From: the human T2T-CHM13v2.0 reference genome, Homo sapiens
Length of the DNA stretch: 64,000 nucleotides
Reading direction: 5' to 3' (one strand)
Assembly (NCBI RefSeq): GCF_009914755.1
Contig: NC_060926.1
Shown here: in pieces, positions 55,624 to 64,000 of the stretch
Layout: every line of letters begins with the position of its first letter
Numbering within the stretch: position 1 is the first letter of the stretch
Program-made: the position numbers and the translations under genes
Notes under the pieces: generated by a model
The model's input: the letters and a program-made list of their open reading frames with translations, nothing else
What the model was told of the DNA's origin: nothing
Database searches by the model: none

Positions 55624-55625
<2 letters not shown>

Positions 55626-55736
55626 CAAAACAAAACAAAACAAAAAACACCTGATTTTGTTTGTTCGGAATAATTTTACATAGGACAACAGCCTAACAAT
55701 CTTCTGGTCAAGAATCTGTCTCACTATGAAAATTTA

Positions 55737-56045
<309 letters not shown>

Positions 56046-56160
56046 TTAATCAGAAACACTTCTATTGGATCCAATAGTTGCCCTCCTATTTCCATTGATA
56101 CATACAGATTGATACAAGTGTTACTTTCTAAAAATAACATATGCTCAGTGCTTAACATAC

Positions 56161-56324
56161 CTGTTGAGGCTGAAGATCACAAATAATAGTGTTAATGTTG
56201 TTCAAAATTTCATCAATAAATGGCATCACTTCTCCAACCTGAACCTGAACGAAATGCCTGCGGCATTTTTGGGCTATTTTAATGAAAGTATCACAAGCCA
56301 TATCCTGGACTCCATCATGGGTCT
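56161..56324 (-). CDS. XPO1: Exportin-1 exon 16
   Basis: 164 nt, [25 protein letters not shown]...DLQPQQ. The in-frame acceptor AG is at 56326-56325. Confidence 0.97.
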
Positions 56325-56405
56325 CTAACAAGACAAAAATATTCATTTATTTTGTCCTGGACTCCATCATGGGTCTCTAACAAGACAAAAACATTCATTT
56401 ATTTT
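56303..56405. repeat. 52-bp-period tandem duplication spanning the intron 15/exon 16 junction
   Basis: TCCTGGACTCCATCATGGGTCTCTAACAAGACAAAAA(T/C)ATTCATTTATTTT at 56303 and 56355, with 1 mismatch in 51 bp. Confidence 0.97.
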
Positions 56406-56450
56406 CTTCAATAAAAATAAAAGCAAAATATAGTAAAGAAAGAGATTTAC

Positions 56451-56607
56451 CATGCATGAATTCGAACAGCTTGTTAACTACAGTCTTCAGAAATTTCCAG
56501 TGAGCTCTCAAAAAACGTGGGTATTGACCTACTATGTACATGATATTTGATGCAATAATAGCTTTATTATCTTTGCCTCTTTTCTGTTCACATAATCCTA
56601 ATAGATC
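56451..56607 (-). CDS. XPO1: Exportin-1 exon 15 (NES-binding groove; Cys528 codon TGT at 56592-56590, Glu571 codon GAA at 56463-56461, both wild type)
   Basis: 157 nt, [52 protein letters not shown]. Confidence 0.98.
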
Positions 56608-56692
56608 CTGTAAATAAGACAAATTTGTATTATTTATTGTAACAACATAATACTTATTTAGCAATTCTAATTCATACCTATCCCTTGCATAC

Positions 56693-56874
56693 CTTTATAA
56701 CAGTAACAAGAAATCGTTTTTCGTCCTCTTCATGCATTGCTCCACTAATGGAGCCTATTGCCCAACACAATGTATTCAAATTTTTCCATGACCACTCTGT
56801 ACCATTCACTTGATTGTGAAGCTTCTCTGTCATTATTCTTTCTGTATCTACATAATCCAGATGAGTAAGATAAA
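56693..56874 (-). CDS. XPO1: Exportin-1 exon 14
   Basis: 182 nt, [15 protein letters not shown]...KRFLVTVIK. Confidence 0.97.
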
Positions 56875-57040
56875 CTACAAAGAAAAACATGGTTTCAAAT
56901 GCAAATAATGAGCAGAATTTTATTGATGAGTAACAATACATTTAGAAAATATTTAGAAACTACAAGTACATTTCCTAAAATGTATTTCCACCCCAGAATA
57001 GATTTATAAAGGTAAAGATTAACAGTATTTATTAACTTAC

Positions 57041-57179
57041 CCAATGTTTCCCTCATATTCTTATACAAATTTATGGAATCTGTATCCTTCATGAATTCTC
57101 TCACAACTTCTCCTTGATCATTCTCTACAACCAATACTTCCTCTGGTTTAGCCATTCGACTAACCATTAATAAACGGAC
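57041..57179 (-). CDS. XPO1: Exportin-1 exon 13 (HEAT9 acidic loop)
   Basis: 139 nt, [32 protein letters not shown]...RETL. Confidence 0.97.
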
Positions 57180-58019
57180 CTATACTCAACAATATATCAA
57201 TCAAGAAAAAAATCGTTAGATCACTGAAATCATTAGTGTAGAAGCTTAGTTAAAAACAAACAAAACCAAAAAAACCACAAGCCAGCCATGTGTAGGGATT
57301 CATGCCTATAATTCCAACTATTCCGGAGGGCCGAGGCAAAAAGAACTGTTGTGGCCAGGAATTTGAGAGCAGCTTGAGCAACACAAAATGACACCCAATC
57401 TCTAAAACAATAAAAATACTGGGGCTTAAAGCACAACAGAAAAAACTATGTAAATATAAATGAAGTAAAACTAAAAAATTTAAAATTAGCTAGGCATGGT
57501 GGTGTGTGCCTGCAACCAATTACTTGGGAGGCTGACACAAGAGAATTGCTTTAGTCTAGGAGTTCAAGATTGTAGTGAGCTATGACCACGCCACTGCACT
57601 CCAACCTGAGCCACAGAGCAAGACCCTGTCTCCAAAAGAAAAAATTTTTTTTCACTGTAATTCTACAAAAATGGCTTTATAATTATTTAAGTGTGTTTTA
57701 ATGTGATTTTTTTAACCAACTTCTGTTACAGGAGTTTCCTGTGTCTCATTCCTAGACTCTGGTTTAGTAGATTGGCAGGTGGCCAATGAATTTGCCTAAC
57801 GAAATCACAACCAATGTTGATACTGAGAGAAGGACCACACTCTTGAGAATCAAGGTTCTAGACTCAACTCCTTTCATGTTCTAGTTTTCCACACTCATGG
57901 AGAAGTTGTTGGGTTCTCTTTTTATAGCTAATTTATTTACACAGATTAGAAGTATTTGGATTCAGACCTCAAAACCACAGTATGCAACAGGAAGAACACT
58001 CAACCAACCGCTCTGTTAC

Positions 58020-58217
58020 CTTGAATAACATGGGCAAATATAGCTGTCTCCTGGGAGGAACATCAAAATGTTGACTTCCAGAAAGCAACGGAGAGGCAGA
58101 TGTAGAGAATGGACTCTCTCTATAGAGTTCAGCAGCCAAATGATTCCAGTATTCAAGACAAATTTTAAAGATTTCAGTTTCTTCTACTTCAGATACCAAC
58201 AACATATAATGAAGGGC
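58020..58217 (-). CDS. XPO1: Exportin-1 exon 12
   Basis: 198 nt, ALHYMLLVSEVEETEIFK...YLPMLFK. Confidence 0.97.
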
Positions 58218-58871
58218 CTACACAGAAGACCAAAACTGTTAAAATAATTCTTAAACATTACCAACTTCAAATTGCTTTTCACTTGTTACACCTTAAGGGA
58301 AAATAAAAATTCATGTTTTATTCATCACAACTCAGATTTCAATACTTATCAAATAGACAGCAAACTCTGGAGTAACTCTGCTTCTTCTGACATGCCCTAA
58401 AGCACTTCAAAAATCTCTCACATAGTAGTTGATCAATATGTATTTTTATCATGTCTCCTAATGGAACGACATTTATTTAAAAGGCCTTGGGTGCCAATAA
58501 GTGGTATCACAACCCAAATGTACCATCACAGAGGAGAGAACAAACAAAATACTGAATATTCATACAATGAGAATATTCTTCAGACATGATAAAAAGTGAG
58601 GTATTGATACAGGTTACAACATGGAAGAACATTGAAAACACAACACCAAATAAAAGAAACCAGACACAAAAGGTCACATGCATGATTCCCTTTATATGGT
58701 ATAATCAGAATAGATATATCTACAGAGACAGAAACCAAAATAATGGTTGCCAGAAGTTGGGGAGAGAACAAAGGAGAAAGTGACTGTTTTAGGGGTAAAG
58801 GGTCACCTTCGGGTGATGAAAATGTTTTGGATCTAGGTATTAATGGTTGTATAACATTGTATATATACTAA

Positions 58872-59267
<396 letters not shown>

Positions 59268-59581
59268 TGAACAAATGCATGTTATTTGAATTAAAACTGA
59301 AATTTTAAAATAAGGTCTTTGAAATTTTAACCTTAGAAATGATATAATAATTAGTAATTTAATTTTGATTATAAATTTTTAGTCCTAGCTTTATGGAGAA
59401 CATAAAATCAGAAAACTGGGCTTATAACTGTAATTCAGAATTGAGAATATATATAATGTACTGATCAAATATTAAGTAATAAGAAATCTCAAAAGGTACA
59501 TACATTTTAGAAAAAAGGCACTTTTAAGAGTTATTAGTAGGCAGAGCAGAATTTTAGGAGCAAAAGCTCCACATATCTTAC

Positions 59582-59740
59582 CTCCATAAGAGTTTCCCTG
59601 AGATTTAATCTTTTTTCTATAAGTTGATCATGTTCCTTAAGAAAGGTGCAGAGAAACAAACTGAGATTTTGAATGAAGTTCTGTTCATCATCTTTTCCAT
59701 TTGAGTACGCAAGTCGAATATTGGTATTTAAAGGAAGCAT
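59582..59740 (-). CDS. XPO1: Exportin-1 exon 11
   Basis: 159 nt, MLPLNTNIRLAYSNGKDDEQNF...RETLME. Confidence 0.97.
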
Positions 59741-61005
59741 CTGCAAATTTTAAAAGGGACGATCAGTTCGCATTTTATAAAACAACTAAAGACACTTAAT
59801 ATTTTATTATTATTTTTTTGAGACAAGGTATCACTCTGTCCAGGCTGGAGTGCAGTGGTATGACCAAAGCTCACTGCAGCCTCCACCTCCTAGGCTCAAT
59901 CAGTCCTCCTCAGCCCCTCCCGAGTAGCTGGAACCACAGGTATGTGCCATCGCACTAAGCTTATTTTTAACATTTTTGTAGAGACGGTATCTTGTTATGT
60001 TGTCCAGGCTGGTCTCAAACTCCTGGCTCAAGCAATCCTCCCACCTTAGCCTCCCAAAGTGCTGGGATTAAAGGTCTGAGCTATTGCACTCAGCCAACAC
60101 TATTATTTTTAAGCCCTAATATCCCAACACCCTTTTGCTAATATTAAACCACATACAGAACTCCTAGGTCCAGTATACCTATTCTTATATCTCTAGGACT
60201 TAGATTTTGACTCTTCTCAAATAAATTAAAGGCCGCTATCACAGCCTTTAAATTTTTCTAGTATTTCTCACTGACATTGAAAAATGTAAAAATAATCAAT
60301 TCATTCATTCAGATCACAAACATACATAGTAATCTATCTTTCCTTGTTTTTTAAAAGAGACAGGGATTTACCCTGTCATCCAGGCTGGAGTGCAATAGTG
60401 TGACCATAGCTCATTTTAACTTTGTATTAATAGGCTCAAGCGATCCTATTGCCTCAGCCTCCAGAGTAGCTGGAACTACAGGTGTGCAACACCACAGCTA
60501 GCTATTTTTTAAATCTTTCGTAGGTATGGTCTGGTTATGTTGTCCTGGCTGGTCTCGAACTCCTGGCATCAACTGGTCCTCCCATTCTGGCCTCCCAAAG
60601 TTCTGGGATTACAGTATTAACCACCATGCCTGGCCATGAACACAGTATTATGAATAACCTTCTAGATCATTTAATAGATAACCAATCAAACTAGGGCTGA
60701 AAAGAATTCCTTCAGACACAATGTTAGGAACAAGTCCCAGGTTTCCCACTGTCTGGTCAGGTATCTCCCAAAAGACCAAGCTCCTAAAGTGTGCAGAAAT
60801 AAATTACCACAACACACCCCAAACCTGAATTTTAAGAAATTTTTGGAAACATCATAAAAATTTGTAGCTTACTACAAATTTTATGTAATAAACAAAAGAT
60901 TATGGCTTATCTTTGATACGTCGTTCTAAAATAACTCATTTGGAATTTGGTATTTTCTAAGGCACTAAAATTATTCAGCCAATTTTCAAGATAGTATTAT
61001 ATTAC

Positions 61006-61134
61006 CTGCTTTAGTTGCATCATTGTCAGAGTAAATAGTGTTACAAATTGTTCTTCATATTGGCTTACACTCACACCAGCAATCTCAGTGAGGCACTTCA
61101 GAGAGACATTTCGAAACATTGGAACATTCAGGAA
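61006..61134 (-). CDS. XPO1: Exportin-1 exon 10
   Basis: 129 nt, FLNVPMFRNVSLKCLTEIAG...MMQLKQ. Confidence 0.97.
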
Positions 61135-62799
61135 CTATTTAAAAGGGGGGAGGGAACCATAAAATTAATTGGCCTGATACACACTTTACTTAAAATTCAC
61201 AATTAAAAGGAAAAAGGCTTTAACAATTAAATATAGGGGTAGATGTCAAAAACAGGCCAAGTGAATGAACATATTTTATCATGCAGATATACTGAGAGGG
61301 AATTTTATTGCCTACCTAGTATACAGTAAATGCTTTAGGAGCAAACTTTTTTTGTTTTTTTGAGACAGAGTCTCGCTCGCCCAGGCTGAAATGCAGGGGC
61401 TTGATCTCGGCTCACTGCAACCTCACCTCTTGGATTCAAGCGATTCTCCTGCCTCAGCCTCTCAAATAGCTGGGACTACACATGCATGCCACCACGCCCG
61501 GCTAATTTTTGTATTTTTAGTAGAGACAGGGTTTTGCCACGTTGGGCCAGGCTGGTCTCAATCTCCTGACCTCGTGATCCGCTCACCTCGACCTCCCAAA
61601 GTGCTGGGATTACAGGCGTGAGCCACAGCGCCCGGCCTAAACTGCTTTCTTTTGATGTGTCCTAAAATAACAAGGCTCCTTAACAACTTTCCTAGAATCT
61701 GTGATATGACTTTTAGGAATGTTATACTTTCTGTGTAATTACACAGGACCTAAAACTTGTGATTGCTTAGAATTTTGGGAAATGGTCAATGTATCTAAGA
61801 GTAATAAGAATATGGGAAAATTGGCTTATATATTCTATTGTTGAGAAGATAAACAGTTATCGTCTGGGGTTGGAAATCAGGGGGCATTAAAACCTTAAAA
61901 TTAAACATACCTAATAATCTGGTGATTAAACATTAAAATATTTAAATAAATTAATGTTTGGACAATTGCATAATATCTTATGTCTGAGAATGTTCTCTGT
62001 AGGACTGTTGACAATAGAAAGGTTTTTACATAATTAAGCAATAAACTGATCATTCAAATACTATAAATCCATATTATCTTACCAAACTAAACTACGAAGT
62101 TGAAGAGGTCAAGTTATAATGTTCCAATTAGATACTTAATTTATTCATTATATCAGTCAAGAAAACATCTGAAAATATAATACAACCAACTGGTAACAGT
62201 GATTATCTCTGGATAAACCACTGTAGAACTTTACTTATTTTGAGACAGGGTCTCGCTCTGTTGCCCAGGCTGGAGTGCAGTGGCACGATCTTGGCTCACT
62301 GCACCTTCTGCCTCCTGAGTTTGAGATTCTCCTGCCACAGCCTCCCGAGTAGCTGGGACTACAGGCATACACCACCACGCCTGGCTGTTTTGTATTTTTA
62401 GTAGAGACCGGTTTCACCAACTTGCCCAGGCTAAACCATTATAGAACTTAAGCCATAACATGGTATCAATTTTAAATTATCAGTTAAAAGATAAACTTTT
62501 CATTTTTCAGAAATAGCACTTGACTTACCTCACTGTAACTTACTCAAACTAAAAGCAATATAATCAAATCCATTGTTCAAAATGAATTCATAAAATTACA
62601 TGGTCTAAGTGGCAGAATCAGATTTGAAACTCACTTTAAATAATTTACTAGGTGTGAATATGGGAAATTTCTCCTGAGCAGCGTCCTCGTGTTAGAAACA
62701 AGGTTGAATAAGGTTTAGAATGCAGAGATGAGAGCTTTACATGTGAAAAGAATATATGTGGCTATCCGGTGACAAATAACTGAAATGTATTCACTGTAC

Positions 62800-62919
62800 C
62801 TTATAAATCAATGTGCTGATTAATTTGGTCTCAAAAATATATCCCAGGGGAATCCAGTTCAGAAATCTGAGCAATGTTTCCAAGGTTGCATGTACAAGTG
62901 GAGCATTTTGAGAATTTTC
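62800..62919 (-). CDS. XPO1: Exportin-1 exon 9
   Basis: 120 nt, ENSQNAPLVHATLETLLRFLNWIPLGYIFETKLISTLIYK. Confidence 0.97.
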
Positions 62920-62991
62920 CTATAACAAAACACACTTGTAAATAATTGCTTTCCTATTATTGTTTTTAAAAATGAAATTAAAAACACTTAC

Positions 62992-63040
62992 CATTACAAA
63001 CTGACACAGTTGAAATATCTGTGAGAATTCATTGCACATG
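62992..63040 (-). CDS. XPO1: Exportin-1 exon 8
   Basis: 49 nt, (S)MCNEFSQIFQLCQFVM, followed by a 72-nt intron. Confidence 0.97.
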
Positions 63041-63839
63041 CTAAAAAAAAAAACACACAAAAATATCAGATTTAGAAGACACAGAAATAAGTATCAGTTA
63101 TCTATAATACTAATAAAAATGATTAAAGCCCAGTACAGTGGCTCATGCCTGTAATCGCAGAACTTTGGGAGGCCATGGCAGAAGGATTGTTTGAGACCAG
63201 CCTGGGCAACCCAAGGGGAAAAAGATTTCCTAATGACTACAACAAATGTTTAAAACTTAATGGAAGTATAACTATAGTTTATACCAGTTGCTTACTATTA
63301 GAGGCAAATCTAGTTTTCTGTTTTGTTTTAAAAAGAACACTATTGTTAACAATTGGGGAACTGAAAAGAAGCAGAGACAATAACTGATTTGAGGCCAGGC
63401 TCTGTGGCATGCACCTGCAGTCACAGCTATTTGGGAAACTGAGGCAAGAAAATCACCTCAATCCAGGAGGTGGGGGTTGTGGTGAGCCAAGATTGCGCTG
63501 CTGCACTCCACCCCAGGCAATAGAGCAAGACTTGTCTCAAAATAAAATAAAATAACTAATACGTATGTTTGGACACAAATCATTTGCTTAGAACCTATTA
63601 AACTAGTTACCATACAAAACAATTCCTGAAGTGTGTCTTGAACAATTCATTTTTCAACCTTCAGAGGTAAATTATTAGGCCCCGTCTAGGACTATTTCTT
63701 AATCTGCAGTTGAAAACCACTACAAGCAATTTAACATATTACTGATCATAGTTCCTTAAAATATCTACAATTTACATCCAAACTGCTTGAAATTGTTTGA
63801 GAAATCACTTTAAAATTCTAAAACATAATTATTACTTGC

Positions 63840-64000
63840 CTGTCTTTTAAATGCTTAGATTTGACTTGGGTTATCTGTCCACTAGAGAAATCAAATACTT
63901 CTTCACTCAAGAGTTTAAGAATCACCATATTATTTTGACAGAGACTTTCGCTGGTCCTACTTGCTCCAACAATATCACTGATAAAAGTTGGCCAATGTTT
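63840..64000 (-). CDS. XPO1: Exportin-1 exon 7 (partial; 5' end outside the window)
   Basis: [24 protein letters not shown]...KSKHLKD, ending at a GC donor (AG|GCAAGT). Confidence 0.96.

Noticed and set aside
56461-56592. Possible XPO1 E571K or C528 variants
   Set aside because: Both codons are wild type (GAA, TGT).

Overview
Primate, most likely human, genomic DNA from the USP34/XPO1 locus (2p15, recognised from the encoded peptides). Both genes lie on the minus strand, head-to-tail. Positions ~42020-64000 hold the 3' portion of XPO1 (exportin-1/CRM1): part of exon 7, exons 8-25, the stop codon, the 3'UTR and the AATAAA signal. Exon boundaries were read from the sequence and splice into one continuous reading frame; exon numbers follow my recollection of the reference transcript. 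About 7 kb downstream, a CpG island (~34060-35545) carries USP34 exon 1 (MCENCADLVEVLNE) and signs of a divergent transcript. Positions 1-34487 are USP34 intron 1, filled with Alus (roughly 100 copies or fragments in the whole window, counted by eye), old L1s, and Charlie1, MER44 and MADE1 fossils. Almost all ORFs in the supplied track are Alu or L1 artefacts. I see no new multi-gene system. The best unexplained signals are: (1) a 52-bp tandem duplication that gives XPO1 exon 16 a second, frameshifting splice acceptor near the E571 hotspot; (2) a ~290-bp, 99.7%-identical inverted duplication between the two genes; (3) a 2.4-kb TSD-flanked GC-rich insert of unknown source that splits an Alu; (4) an LTR fragment retrotransposed by L1 machinery; (5) a strong-Kozak, YY1/TISU-like uORF in the USP34 leader; (6) a hairpin 10 nt after the XPO1 stop codon; (7) a GC-AG intron and a candidate poison microexon in XPO1.
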